Below are positions 1 through 9,510 of a stretch of 24,000 nt of DNA, one piece after another. Source of the DNA: Flavobacteriales bacterium (lineage in GTDB: Bacteria; Bacteroidota; Bacteroidia; Flavobacteriales; ECT2AJA-044). Under the pieces are notes generated by a model. It ran no database searches and was not told the origin of the DNA. It was given only the letters and a program-made list of their open reading frames with translations. The DNA lies in contig JAGWBA010000008.1 in the NCBI GenBank assembly GCA_021296215.1, forward strand, positions 80,937 to 104,936, written 5' to 3'. How positions within the stretch are numbered: the stretch's first letter is position 1; each line of letters begins with the position of its first letter. A program made the translations under genes and the position numbers.

Positions 1-696
1 ATCGCGCTCGCTCAAGTGGCAAGCCTTTCCGCGATTATCTCCAACGATTTGGATCTCGATATGGCGAGGCTCTTCAATGAACTTCTCCATATACATACCG
101 TCATTTCCGAAGGCAGCACCTGCCTCTTGCCGGGCTGAATCCCATGCTTTCTCAAGCTCATCCTCAGCTTTGACGACGCGCATTCCTCGTCCACCACCAC
201 CGGCGGTAGCCTTCAACATGACCGGGTACTTGATCTGCTTGGCCACCTCTATGGCTTCTTCCAAGCTGCCGAGAATCCCGTCAGATCCGGGAATGGTCGG
301 TACACCTGCCTTGCGCATGGTTTCTTTGGCCGAAGCCTTGTCGCCCATGCTGTTGATTTGGTCAGGACTAGCTCCAATGAATTTGATACCGTGTTCTTCA
401 CAGATCTTGGAGAACTTGGCGTTTTCACTCAAGAATCCGTAGCCGGGATGAATAGCGTCGGCATTGGTGATCTCAGCAGCAGCAATGATGTTCGGAATCT
501 TGAGGTATGATTCCGCACTACTTGCTGGTCCTATACAAACGGCTTCGTCGGCAAAACGAACGTGTAAACTTTCTTTGTCGGCCTGTGAATAAACCGCGAC
601 GGTTTTGATGCCCATCTCCTTACATGTTCGGATGACACGTAAAGCGATCTCACCGCGATTCGCCACAAGCACTTTATTGAACATCTTATTGCTCAT
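1..696 (-). CDS. accC: Acetyl-CoA carboxylase biotin carboxylase subunit, N-terminal ~232 codons (gene runs off the left edge)
   Basis: It is absent from the ORF track because no stop lies inside the window. My translation of the minus strand from ATG 696 gives [37 protein letters not shown]...[13 protein letters not shown]...[14 protein letters not shown]...ACHLSERD, a typical ATP-grasp biotin carboxylase N-terminus. An alternative Met start lies at 684. The gene sits 31 nt downstream of accB. Confidence 0.93.
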   Translation of the reverse strand, partial: MSNKMFNKVLVANRGEIALRVIRTCKEMGIKTVAVYSQADKESLHVRFADEAVCIGPASSAESYLKIPNIIAAAEITNADAIHPGYGFLSENAKFSKICEEHGIKFIGASPDQINSMGDKASAKETMRKAGVPTIPGSDGILGSLEEAIEVAKQIKYPVMLKATAGGGGRGMRVVKAEDELEKAWDSARQEAGAAFGNDGMYMEKFIEEPRHIEIQIVGDNRGKACHLSERD

Positions 697-727
697 GCGT
701 GCGTGATTTTGCGCTCGTAAGAGCGGA

Positions 728-1228
728 TTAGGATGGGTCAACCAAGAAGAGCGGCTGATCGTATTCTACAGGGCTCGAGTCTTCTGCGAGCACCTTCACG
801 ATCTTACCGGAGATCTCCGATTCGATTTCGTTGAAAAGCTTCATGGCTTCGATCACACATACGACCGAACCATCTTTAACTTCGTCCCCAACACTTATGA
901 AAGGATCTTTATCCGGCGATGGACGCCGGTAGAATGTACCGATCATCGGCGAATTGATTTCCACGCACTTGGAGTCCTCAGCACTAGAGCCTGAATCCGC
1001 TTCCGTGGCCGAAGCTGGTGCTGCGGCAGCCGGGGCGGGGACTGTAGGAGCTGCTTGTACTTGTGGAGCGGCGGTTACAGGCACATGCTGCACTACCGTA
1101 GTTTCTTTTACCTCTTCGTCCCCCTTCGTTTTGATGTAGATCTTTACCCCATCCGTTTCGAGCTCAACTTCTGTGGCTCCAGATCTTGCCACGAAACGAA
1201 TTAGACTCTGGATTTCCTTTAGATCCAT
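728..1228 (-). CDS. accB: Biotin carboxyl carrier protein of acetyl-CoA carboxylase
   Basis: 166-aa ORF with an Ala/Pro-rich linker and a C-terminal biotinyl domain containing [13 protein letters not shown] (the AMK biotinylation motif). It lies upstream of accC. Confidence 0.95.
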   Translation of the reverse strand: MDLKEIQSLIRFVARSGATEVELETDGVKIYIKTKGDEEVKETTVVQHVPVTAAPQVQAAPTVPAPAAAAPASATEADSGSSAEDSKCVEINSPMIGTFYRRPSPDKDPFISVGDEVKDGSVVCVIEAMKLFNEIESEISGKIVKVLAEDSSPVEYDQPLFLVDPS

Positions 1229-1270
1229 GTGATTCGGGTTTAGCGTATTAAAACAAAGCTAATAATTATA

Positions 1271-2275
1271 TCAAGAATCGTAAGCCCACGTCAAATAAAG
1301 TGAGCCCCAGGTAAATCCGCCACCAAAAGCGGCGAATATTATGTTATCTCCCTTCTTTAATTGCTTTTCATAGTCGTGCAAGCAAAGCGGGAGTGTTCCG
1401 TTGGTCGTGTTACCGTATTTGTGAATGTTGAGCATCACCTTTTCGGATCCAACGCCCATTCTACGTGCAGTAGCGTCGATGATCCGCTTATTGGCTTGGT
1501 GGGGCACCAACCAGGCAACATCGTCTGCGGTTAGTCCATTGCGCTCCATGATCTGTGCGCTTACCTCGGCCATATTCGTTACGGCGAACTTAAATACTTG
1601 TTGGCCCTCTTGGTAAACGAAGTGCTCTTTCGCAGCAACAGTATCTTCATTTGGCGGATACATAGAACCGCCGGCCTTGATCTTCAGGAATTGACGACCA
1701 GCTCCGTCGGAGTGTAGAATTTCATCTTGTAATCCGTAGCCTTCTTCGTTGGGTTCGAGTAAAACGGCACCCGCACCATCTCCAAAAATGACGCAAGTAG
1801 TTCGGTCGGTGTAATCAATGATTGAAGACATCTTGTCTGAACCGATCACCAACACTTTTTTGTATCGTCCACTTTCGATAAACTTGACACCTGTGGCCAA
1901 GCCGTACAAAAATCCCGAACAGGCGGCCATTAGGTCATAGCCGAATGCGTTTACAGCCCCGATTTCGGTTGCCGTGTAGGTTGCAGTTGCTGCAACTGGC
2001 ATGTCCGGTGTGGCTGTAGAAACCAAGACCATGTCGATCTCGGCCGGATTCAAATTCTTTTTCTCGATGATTTCCTGAGCGGCTTTGATCGCCATGTAGC
2101 TCGCTCCGAGTCCTTCGCCTTTTAGTATGTGACGTTCTTTGACCCCGGTACGCGTTGTGATCCACTCATTGGTGGTATCTACCATTTTCTCCAGTTCCGC
2201 GTTCGTCAGGACATAGTCCGGAACATAACCACCTACTGCAGTAATGGCTGCTCTGATATTTCCCATAGGATTCAT
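1271..2275 (-). CDS. fabH: 3-oxoacyl-ACP synthase III
   Basis: 334-aa ORF with the FabH catalytic triad contexts AACSGFLYG (Cys), VPHQANKRI (His) and GNTTNGTLP (Asn). The Met at 2266 is a possible alternative start. Confidence 0.95.
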   Translation of the reverse strand: MNPMGNIRAAITAVGGYVPDYVLTNAELEKMVDTTNEWITTRTGVKERHILKGEGLGASYMAIKAAQEIIEKKNLNPAEIDMVLVSTATPDMPVAATATYTATEIGAVNAFGYDLMAACSGFLYGLATGVKFIESGRYKKVLVIGSDKMSSIIDYTDRTTCVIFGDGAGAVLLEPNEEGYGLQDEILHSDGAGRQFLKIKAGGSMYPPNEDTVAAKEHFVYQEGQQVFKFAVTNMAEVSAQIMERNGLTADDVAWLVPHQANKRIIDATARRMGVGSEKVMLNIHKYGNTTNGTLPLCLHDYEKQLKKGDNIIFAAFGGGFTWGSLYLTWAYDS

Positions 2276-2300
2276 TCGTTAGGTCGCCGCTAAGGTACTA

Positions 2301-2343
2301 CCAAAAAAGAAAGTAGATTCGGCTACGAAAACCAAATCTACTT
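2301..2343 (-). terminator. Putative rho-independent terminator downstream of rpmF
   Basis: The 9-bp inverted repeat aagtagatt (2311-2319) / aatctactt (2335-2343) has a 15-nt loop. On the minus strand it is followed by tcttttttgg (plus strand 2301-2310). It lies 31 nt after the rpmF stop. The loop is large, so confidence is moderate. Confidence 0.5.
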
Positions 2344-2373
2344 AATCCTTTCTTGAACAGTGCGTGCCTTGGA

Positions 2374-2562
2374 TTACAATTCCTCTTTCTCCATTACCAC
2401 TTTGCCCTTGTAGTACAGCTTACCTTCGCTCCAGTAAGCACGGTGATACAAGTGAGGCTCTCCGGTGGTCGGACAAGTAGCAATCGTAGGTGCAGTCGCC
2501 GTGTAATGCGTACGGCGTTTATCGCGACGGGTCTTCGACTGTTTGCGCTTTGGATGTGCCAT
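2374..2562 (-). CDS. rpmF: 50S ribosomal protein L32
   Basis: 62-aa ORF starting [20 protein letters not shown], the canonical L32 N-terminus. It sits in the conserved position after the DUF177 gene. Confidence 0.95.
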   Translation of the reverse strand: MAHPKRKQSKTRRDKRRTHYTATAPTIATCPTTGEPHLYHRAYWSEGKLYYKGKVVMEKEEL

Positions 2563-2585
2563 GTCTATCTATTTACGTTCGTTGC

Positions 2586-3128
2586 TCAATCTTTTAATAG
2601 ATCCTTTAGTTTATCCCACCGCGGATCGGTATCATCACCTTCTGAATCATCCCCCTCTTCCGAGGCTCCTGGACTCAATTGTTCCAATCGGTCCAGAATG
2701 TCCGAATTCAATGTGCCATCGGCCAAACCCGGATGTTCCTTTTTCATCGGAATGGAAAGCTCGATGATGTCCCTTATGAACGGGCTTACATCTACTTTCA
2801 CAGCTTCGTAAGGTAAAATCAGCACTTCTTCATCGTCGTCGTTGAATTCATGGCCGAACTTAACGACCCATTCAGCGTTTTCGTCGATGGGGTGATCAAA
2901 AGGCTCATCGGTAACGTCGCATCGCAACTCTACCTTCCCTTTAAATGCAAAAGACAATTCAAGCATGCGCTCGGACTTGTCCATTTCCATTTCTACCTCA
3001 ACATCGAAATTCTGATGCTCCTGCGATCCAAAAAAACTAAAGAATTCGTCGTCCACATGAAACTCGAACTGATGCTTTCCCAATGCCAGTCCCGTAAACG
3101 GAATGCTGAACTCCTTCAAATCCTTCAT
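2586..3128 (-). CDS. yceD: YceD/DUF177 family protein (large ribosomal RNA accumulation protein)
   Basis: 180-aa acidic ORF immediately upstream of rpmF (23-nt gap), which is the conserved yceD-rpmF pairing. The C-terminus is rich in Asp/Glu. Confidence 0.8.
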   Translation of the reverse strand: MKDLKEFSIPFTGLALGKHQFEFHVDDEFFSFFGSQEHQNFDVEVEMEMDKSERMLELSFAFKGKVELRCDVTDEPFDHPIDENAEWVVKFGHEFNDDDEEVLILPYEAVKVDVSPFIRDIIELSIPMKKEHPGLADGTLNSDILDRLEQLSPGASEEGDDSEGDDTDPRWDKLKDLLKD

Positions 3129-3152
3129 CGCATCTCGATTTCAATGGGCCTG

Positions 3153-3160
3153 CAAAGATA
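3153..3160 (-). promoter_or_regulatory. Candidate Bacteroidota -7 promoter box (TAnnTTTG) for yceD-rpmF
   Basis: The minus strand reads TATCTTTG, an exact match to the TAnnTTTG consensus, 24 nt upstream of the yceD ATG (3128). The -33 element is weak. Confidence 0.35.
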
Positions 3161-3184
3161 TGAAAAGAATAGGAAAAGCGAAGT

Positions 3185-4246
3185 CTATTTTACCTCTTCT
3201 TGCTTGATTAGCGGATTTTTAGCCCATTCTCGGTGTCGTGAGCGTCGCACAAAGATGTCTTTGGCCATGTATAGTGCTTCGCGGAACGATTCTTCATTAG
3301 CGATGCCTTTTCCCGCGATATCGTACGCCGTACCGTGATCCGGAGAGGTTCGAACAACCGGTAAGCCGGCTGTGAAGTTGATTCCGCCTCCAAAATTAAG
3401 TGCTTTGAAGGGTACCAATCCCTGATCGTGATACATGGCCAAAACGCCATCAAAATTCTTGTGTTTTTGCGATCCGAAAAAGCCATCTGCGGCATACGGG
3501 CCAAAAACGAGCATGCCGTTTTCAAAATGTTTCTTAACAGTAGGTCCGGTGATCTTTTCTTCCGTATCGCCGATAAGTCCTTGGTCGCCGGCATGCGGGT
3601 TGAGACCGAGAACGGCGATTCGAGGTCGCTCCAGTCCAAAATCCAGCCGCAGGCTGTGCTCAAATAACTTCAGCTTTTCGCCGATCGATTGTGATGTGAT
3701 GAGGGGCTCGACCTGGCTCAAGGGTACGTGTCCGGTGACCAATGCCACGCGAAATTCGTCACGACAAAGAATCATCAGACTTTTTCCCTGGCCAAATCGT
3801 TTGCCCAGAAACTCTGTGTGTCCTGGGAACTTAAACTCTTCGCTTTGAATGTTGTGTTTGTCGATCGGCGCAGTTACGAGGGCTTGAATATGCCCATTTT
3901 CCAACGCATCGGCTGCCGATTTTAAGCTCTCATAGGCAAACTGCCCCCCGTCACGGGTCGATTGCCCCACTTCTATCTTCGGTTGCGAGTCGATGCAGTC
4001 GAAGAGGTTGGCCTGATCGTTTCGAACCTCATTCCATTGTTTGATGATCTTGACCGGAATGTCCTTGAAGTTTAGAGTCTTGCGGTTGTATGACAACACA
4101 GATGAAGATCCGAAAATGATCGGAGTCATCATTTCGTTGATCCGTTTATCGCTCAGCGTTTTCAATATGATCTCCATCCCGACCCCATTGAGGTCGCCGG
4201 CCGATATGCCGATTCGGATCTTATGGGAGTCAATATTATCGCTCAT
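3185..4246 (-). CDS. pdxA: 4-hydroxythreonine-4-phosphate dehydrogenase
   Basis: The track ORF (459 aa, start 4564) overlaps the peptidase gene for 106 codons of low-quality sequence. The real start is most likely Met107 at 4246 (MSDNIDSHKIRIGISAGDLNGVGMEII...), giving 353 aa. PdxA motifs FKFPGHTEFLG and TSPDHGTAYDIAGKG are present. It overlaps the upstream gene's stop by 11 nt. Confidence 0.9.
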   Translation of the reverse strand: MSDNIDSHKIRIGISAGDLNGVGMEIILKTLSDKRINEMMTPIIFGSSSVLSYNRKTLNFKDIPVKIIKQWNEVRNDQANLFDCIDSQPKIEVGQSTRDGGQFAYESLKSAADALENGHIQALVTAPIDKHNIQSEEFKFPGHTEFLGKRFGQGKSLMILCRDEFRVALVTGHVPLSQVEPLITSQSIGEKLKLFEHSLRLDFGLERPRIAVLGLNPHAGDQGLIGDTEEKITGPTVKKHFENGMLVFGPYAADGFFGSQKHKNFDGVLAMYHDQGLVPFKALNFGGGINFTAGLPVVRTSPDHGTAYDIAGKGIANEESFREALYMAKDIFVRRSRHREWAKNPLIKQEEVK

Positions 4247-5653
4247 TGTAACGCGTGCGTTGCAAGAAGTACTCAAACAATAATCGCACACCCACTCCGG
4301 TTGCATTCTTGGTTCGGTACTTATCTTTCTTTTTGAGCCATGCGGGTCCGGCAATGTCGAAATGAACGTACGGATAGTCCGTGAAGTGCTCCAGGAATTT
4401 ACCCGCTGTAATAGCTCCGCCCTCTGGGCCACCAATATTCTTGAGGTCGGCAATGTCGCTGTCGAGCAGCTCTCGGTATTCCGACCAGAAAGGGAATACG
4501 GCCAAGCGCTCGTGGACCGAATCCGCCGCTCGATGAAGCTCTTTCCAAACGGGTTCGTCGGCATTTCCCATGGCCACTACACCGTACTTGCCGATCGCCA
4601 TTGCAGCCGATCCGGTCAGGGTAGCCAAATCGATGACCAGCTCGGGGTCGAATTTCTTTGCGTAGGCCAGGGCATCGGCCATGATCATTCGGCCTTCAGC
4701 GTCGGTGTTCAATACTTCTACCGTAGTGCCATCGAACATTTTAATCACGTCGCCCGGAGCATACGCATTCTCGCCCGGCCTATTGTCCGTGGCCGGAACC
4801 AATCCGATCACGCGAATGGGCAATTTTGTTTCGGCCAAGGCAACCATTGCGCCAACAACAGCCGCGGATCCGGCCATGTCGACTTTCATGAAATCCATGC
4901 TATTGGCCGTTGGTTTCAGCGAAAGTCCTCCGGTGTCGTAAACCACTCCTTTGCCTACCAGCACAACTGGTTTTTCGTTGATGGCGTCCTCGGGACTCCA
5001 CTCCATGATGGTAAAGGTCGGAGGATCGATACTCCCCCGGTTCACAGCCAAAAGCCCTCCCATCTTCAATGACTCTATCTGCTTTTTCTCCAGAACGGTC
5101 ACCTTGATACCTAGCTCACCGCCCCACTCCTTCATGATTTCGGCATAACGCGCAGCGGTCAATGTGCTAAGCGGTTCGTTGCTCAAATCTCTGGCTCGAA
5201 CGGTTCCGTCAAAAGCGGCATTCAAATGGTCGAGCTGCTCAAAAGCGATCTTTTGCGCTTCGGATTCGTAAAGTATTTTGTGAATTGGTAGTTGCCCAGG
5301 ACCAAGCCCTCCAACACGTACAATCCCGCCTCTTGGTTTTCCGTGAGGTCGACCAAGGTGATCCTGCTGGCTTTTTGACGATTCAATTCTTCCTGGAGCT
5401 CATCGCCCAGACAACGCCAAGATTCCAGCCTTTCGGCTCTCGAGTCTGTGGTTTTTGCCCTCGCGGGCAGATAGAGATGCGAGGTGCGATCTAGAACGAC
5501 ATAATTCTTACCGGAATCACCGGTAGCTTCATCAATATGATCTCGTTCCTTTTGTTCCTGGAGGTAGTACTCCAACTGCCCAGCATGATCAAACAGCAAT
5601 ATCGCGTCCTCCCTCGCATCCAGCTTGGCTTTCCTGCGAACAAAAGTCCTCAT
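4236..5653 (-). pseudogene. M17 leucyl aminopeptidase family gene split by a frameshift
   Basis: Two adjacent ORFs cover the gene: 5653-5222 (143 aa, M17 N-terminal domain ending ...LEGLVLGNYQFTKYFT...) and 5225-4236 (329 aa, catalytic domain with RARDLSNEP, VGKGVVYDTGGLSLKP and NTDAEGRMIMADAL). Their frames differ by one nucleotide. Upstream of the TTG at 5225 the second frame still reads ...ESEAQKIAFEQLDHLNAAFDG..., so the frame switch lies near 5265-5272. Confidence 0.8.
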
Positions 5654-5692
5654 TTCTTTGTAGTTTTATGGACGCTAAAGTAGGTAAAATCA

Positions 5693-6817
5693 ATGAATAC
5701 GGATCAGTTACTGGCCCGAGCGCTGAGGCGCGAATTCCTCAGTGCAGAAGAAGGGCAGGTTTTGTTTGAGCAGGTGTCTACACCTGAATTGATGTTCGTG
5801 GCCAACGAACTGAGACAGGAATCGGTGCCGGGTAATAAGGTGACCTGGATTATCGACAGAAATACGAATACCACTAACGTTTGTATAGCCAATTGCAAGT
5901 TCTGCAACTTTTTTCGACCACCCGGTCATCCCGAACAATACATCACGGATCTCGAAACCTATCGAACGAAGATACAGGAGACCTTTGATTACGGTGGTGA
6001 GCAGCTCTTGCTTCAAGGTGGACACCATCCTGATCTGGGGCTCGATTATTATTCTAAGCTGTTTAGCGACCTTAAATCGATGTTCCCGAATTTAAAGCTT
6101 CACGCCCTCGGTCCACCCGAAATCGCGCACATTGCCAAACTCGAAGGGGCTTCCCATACGTATGTATTAGAGAAACTTAAGGAATCGGGTCTGGATAGTT
6201 TGCCGGGAGCGGGAGCAGAGATCTTGAATGACCGAGTTCGTCGATTGATCTCAAGAGGAAAGTGTGGAGGCCAAGAGTGGCTCGATGTGATGCGCAGCGC
6301 GCATCAATTGTACATTACTACTTCGGCTACCATGATGTTCGGACACATCGAGACGGTCGAAGAGCGTTTTGAACACTTGGTTTGGTTACAGCAGGTACAG
6401 AGCGAAAAGCCGGAGCACGCAAAGGGCTTCATAGCATTCATACCGTGGCCATTCCAGGACGACGGAACGTTGTTGCGAAAGATTCGCGGTGTGCGAAATT
6501 CGGTAACTGATGATGAATATGTGCGCACGATCGCCATTAGCAGAATCATGTTGCCAAATATTAAGAACATTCAGGCTTCTTGGCTCACCGTTGGCGAGCA
6601 AGTGGCTCAGATGTGTTTACACGCAGGAGCCAACGATTTCGGTTCGATTATGATCGAAGAGAATGTGGTTTCAGCGGCCGGAGCACCTCACCGTTTTACA
6701 TCGGAAGGTATTCAACAGGCCATTCGAGAGGCCGGATTTGAACCCCAATTGAGGAATCAGGAATACGGGTATCGCGAGCTGCCCGAAAATATTGTGCAAC
6801 AAGTTATTGACTATTAA
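5693..6817 (+). CDS. Radical SAM enzyme of the futalosine menaquinone pathway (MqnC/MqnE, CofH-like family)
   Basis: 374-aa ORF with the CxxxCxxC cluster motif CIANCKFC preceded by NTNTTNV. It also carries LLLQGGHHP, PGAGAEIL, the TTSATMMFGHIET block and IPWPFQ, all typical of MqnC/MqnE-type enzymes. I cannot separate MqnC from MqnE by eye. Confidence 0.75.
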   Translation: MNTDQLLARALRREFLSAEEGQVLFEQVSTPELMFVANELRQESVPGNKVTWIIDRNTNTTNVCIANCKFCNFFRPPGHPEQYITDLETYRTKIQETFDYGGEQLLLQGGHHPDLGLDYYSKLFSDLKSMFPNLKLHALGPPEIAHIAKLEGASHTYVLEKLKESGLDSLPGAGAEILNDRVRRLISRGKCGGQEWLDVMRSAHQLYITTSATMMFGHIETVEERFEHLVWLQQVQSEKPEHAKGFIAFIPWPFQDDGTLLRKIRGVRNSVTDDEYVRTIAISRIMLPNIKNIQASWLTVGEQVAQMCLHAGANDFGSIMIEENVVSAAGAPHRFTSEGIQQAIREAGFEPQLRNQEYGYRELPENIVQQVIDY

Positions 6818-6827
6818 AATAAAGGGT

Positions 6828-6867
6828 ACGGAAAATTGGTTAATTTAACGGAAAATTGGTTAATTTA
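6828..6867. repeat. Perfect 20-bp tandem direct duplication (ACGGAAAATTGGTTAATTTA x2)
   Basis: Unit 1 at 6828-6847 and unit 2 at 6848-6867 are identical. The repeat begins 11 nt after the upstream stop and ends 17 nt before the ATG at 6885. Each unit carries an AT-rich TAATTTA segment. Confidence 0.95.
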
Positions 6868-6884
6868 ATTACCAACCCAACGGC

Positions 6885-9500
6885 ATGAAAAAACTACTCT
6901 CCTTTGTCACCTTGCTGCTGTGGTCGACCGCCGCAGTATTCGCTACGCACAATCGTGCCGGGGAGATTACGTATAAACATATCGCGGGTTTACAGTACCA
7001 ATTCGTTCTGGTGACCTATACGAAGGATTCGGCACCGGCTGACCGGCCCGACCTGATCGTTTTCTGGGGCGATGGTACCAGTGACACTCTACAGAGAAGT
7101 AATGGCGGTGGTAATGGCCAACCCATTGGGAACGATACCAAGCGAAACGTGTACATCGGTACGCATACCTACCCGGCGCCGGGAACGTATACCGTTACCA
7201 TGGAAGACCCTAACCGGAATCGAGATGTCGTGAACATCCTCAATTCGATCCACACTCCTTTCGCGATCAGCGCCACGTTGGCGGTTAACCCGAACCTGGG
7301 ATTCAATAATTCACCGGACCTGTTGTATCCTCCGATCGATAACGGATGTGTGAATGTACCTTTCATTCATAATCCGACCGCTGTCGATACCGTTGACGAG
7401 GCCGACAGCCTGAGTTATGCGCTCATTCCTTGCGCGGGAGCCAATGGAGATCCGATTCCACATCCACAGTGGACCCTTCCATCGGCCAGCAACAGCATTA
7501 GCATCGATTCCGTTTCGGGCGATTTTTATTGGGACTCACCCGTTCAGGCCGGAGAGTATAACATTGCGATCGAAATTTCGGAGCATCGTCAAGATACTAA
7601 TGGGAACTGGTCCATTGTGGGGCGTATGGTCCGCGATATGCAGATCGACATTGCGGGCTGTGATAATAATCCGCCCGAGATCGAGCCACTCGATGATATT
7701 TGTGTAGAGGCCGGAGACAATGTGCTCTTCCCGGTCGTGGCGACAGATTCCGATGCCAATGGGGTGACCTTGAGTGCGTTTGGAGGTCCTTTTGTGGTCG
7801 ATGATCCGGCAGAATTCCCCGATAACCTGCAAGGTCAAGGCCAAGTGACCGGCATATTTGAATGGCAAACCAGTTGCCTCCATGTTCGCAAGCAACCATG
7901 GCAAGTGGTGTTCAGAGCGGAAGATATTGGAACCTTCCCGTCACTGGTCGACCTAGAAACGATGAACATAACCGTCGTTGGACCCGCACCTGATAACCCA
8001 ACAGCAACTCCGAATGGAAATGCGATTGATCTGAGTTGGGACGCATCAGCTTGTACCCGGGCCAGTGGCTACGATATTTACCGCAAGAATCAGTTTTACG
8101 GATTCGTACCGGACGATTGTGAAACCGGAGTTCCGGGTTATACCGGATATCAAAAGATCGGCTCTACGAATGGTTTGAACTCTACCACTTACTTCGATAA
8201 TAATAACGGGGTTGGGTTGACCAAGGGTAATCAATATTGCTACATGATCGTGGCGAAGTATCCGGACAGAGCGGAAAGTTACGCTTCTGTCGAGGTTTGT
8301 GCTGAACTCCTGCGCGACCAGCCGCTGATAACGAACGCAACGGTCGATGTCACCGACGTTGCCAATGGCCGGATCGAAGTCCGTTGGGTAAAACCGATAG
8401 AGATCGATTCAGTGCAGTATCCCGGCCCGTACGCATATCGAGTAAATCGTGCCGTAGGCACAAATGGCAATAGTTTCATTGAGATCGCAACCTTGAACGA
8501 CATCGAGGATACTTCGTACGTCGATTCGGGGATTGATACCGAGACCACGGGATATCGATATCGAATCGATTTCTTCCAGAATAACGGAGGTACTTTGGAG
8601 CCCATTTCGAAGAGTGATCCGGCATCGAGTGTGTTCATTAACTTGGTTCCGACCGATCAGGCGATCATTGTGAATTGGTCGGTGAATGTTCCCTGGATCA
8701 ATGCAGAGTACGTCATTTACAGGCGCGATCCCGGAGCAACGACATTTGATTCGGTCGGAGTGAGTTCGACGAATAATTATTTGGACGGAGCTCTTGAGAA
8801 TAACCGCACCTACTGCTATTACGTAGAGACAAGGGGAGCTTATTCCGGTTCGGGACTTCCTACGCCGCTGATCAATCTCTCTCAGGGAGTCTGCGGGGCT
8901 CCAATTGATGCTACGCCTCCTTGTCCTCCGAATTTTCGGGTCGAGCGAAATTGCGATGAGAATTTTAATCAGTTGAATTGGGGATTCCCTGATGAGGAGT
9001 GCGGAATTGATGCGATCGAATACGAGTTGTATTACACGCCTGTCGAGGGCGGGGAATTTGAGTTGTTGGCCACAATAATCGATCCGGCCGATTCATCTTA
9101 CATCCACAATGGACTACTGAGCATCGCGGGTTGCTATGCCGTAGTTGTCGTCGACTCATTCATGAACGTGAGTGAGTTCTCCAATGTGGTTTGTGTGGAC
9201 AACTGCCCCGCTTATGAACTTCCGAACGTCTTTACGCCGAATGGTGATTTGGAGAACGACCTCGTAGTTCCGATCAGCAATAAGTACGTAGAGAGTGTTG
9301 AGGCCACCATTTACAATCGTTGGGGAAGTATCGTGTATCAAACCAATGATATCAATATCAATTGGGATGGAACCCACATGACCTCTGGTGAGCCGGTTCC
9401 TGAAGGAGTATACTATTATGTGGTTCGGATAAATGAAGTGCGCCTCACGGGTCTTGAAGTCCGCGAGATCACAGGCTTCATTCACTTGTTCCGAGATTGA
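6885..9500 (+). CDS. Large secreted protein with a gliding-motility-associated / T9SS type-B C-terminal sorting domain
   Basis: 871-aa ORF. It has a signal peptide (MKKLLSFVTLLLWSTAAVFA|THN) and an N-terminal HNRAGEITY module. Several FN3/Ig-like modules follow, with recurring ..YCY..V motifs. The C-terminus is YELPNVFTPNGDLENDLVVP...ATIYNRWGSIVYQ...WDGT...PEGVYYYVV...GFIHLFRD, the CHU_C/type-B CTD pattern. Confidence 0.85.
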   Translation: MKKLLSFVTLLLWSTAAVFATHNRAGEITYKHIAGLQYQFVLVTYTKDSAPADRPDLIVFWGDGTSDTLQRSNGGGNGQPIGNDTKRNVYIGTHTYPAPGTYTVTMEDPNRNRDVVNILNSIHTPFAISATLAVNPNLGFNNSPDLLYPPIDNGCVNVPFIHNPTAVDTVDEADSLSYALIPCAGANGDPIPHPQWTLPSASNSISIDSVSGDFYWDSPVQAGEYNIAIEISEHRQDTNGNWSIVGRMVRDMQIDIAGCDNNPPEIEPLDDICVEAGDNVLFPVVATDSDANGVTLSAFGGPFVVDDPAEFPDNLQGQGQVTGIFEWQTSCLHVRKQPWQVVFRAEDIGTFPSLVDLETMNITVVGPAPDNPTATPNGNAIDLSWDASACTRASGYDIYRKNQFYGFVPDDCETGVPGYTGYQKIGSTNGLNSTTYFDNNNGVGLTKGNQYCYMIVAKYPDRAESYASVEVCAELLRDQPLITNATVDVTDVANGRIEVRWVKPIEIDSVQYPGPYAYRVNRAVGTNGNSFIEIATLNDIEDTSYVDSGIDTETTGYRYRIDFFQNNGGTLEPISKSDPASSVFINLVPTDQAIIVNWSVNVPWINAEYVIYRRDPGATTFDSVGVSSTNNYLDGALENNRTYCYYVETRGAYSGSGLPTPLINLSQGVCGAPIDATPPCPPNFRVERNCDENFNQLNWGFPDEECGIDAIEYELYYTPVEGGEFELLATIIDPADSSYIHNGLLSIAGCYAVVVVDSFMNVSEFSNVVCVDNCPAYELPNVFTPNGDLENDLVVPISNKYVESVEATIYNRWGSIVYQTNDININWDGTHMTSGEPVPEGVYYYVVRINEVRLTGLEVREITGFIHLFRD

Positions 9501-9510
9501 TGATTGCACC

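Noticed and set aside
2353-2811. 152-aa plus-strand ORF (and the 74-aa ORF at 2543-2767)
   Set aside because: Both are antisense to rpmF and yceD, which are secure calls.
4247-4564. N-terminal 106-codon extension of the pdxA ORF (the track gives 459 aa starting at 4564)
   Set aside because: The extension lies entirely inside the catalytic domain of the M17 peptidase gene in another frame. It has no PdxA-like sequence. PdxA homologues begin at the IGIS.GD..G(I/V)G motif, which follows the Met at 4246.
4362-5072. 236-aa plus-strand ORF
   Set aside because: It is antisense to the strongly motif-supported M17 catalytic domain. Its sequence is Arg/Gly/His-rich, which is typical of a shadow frame.
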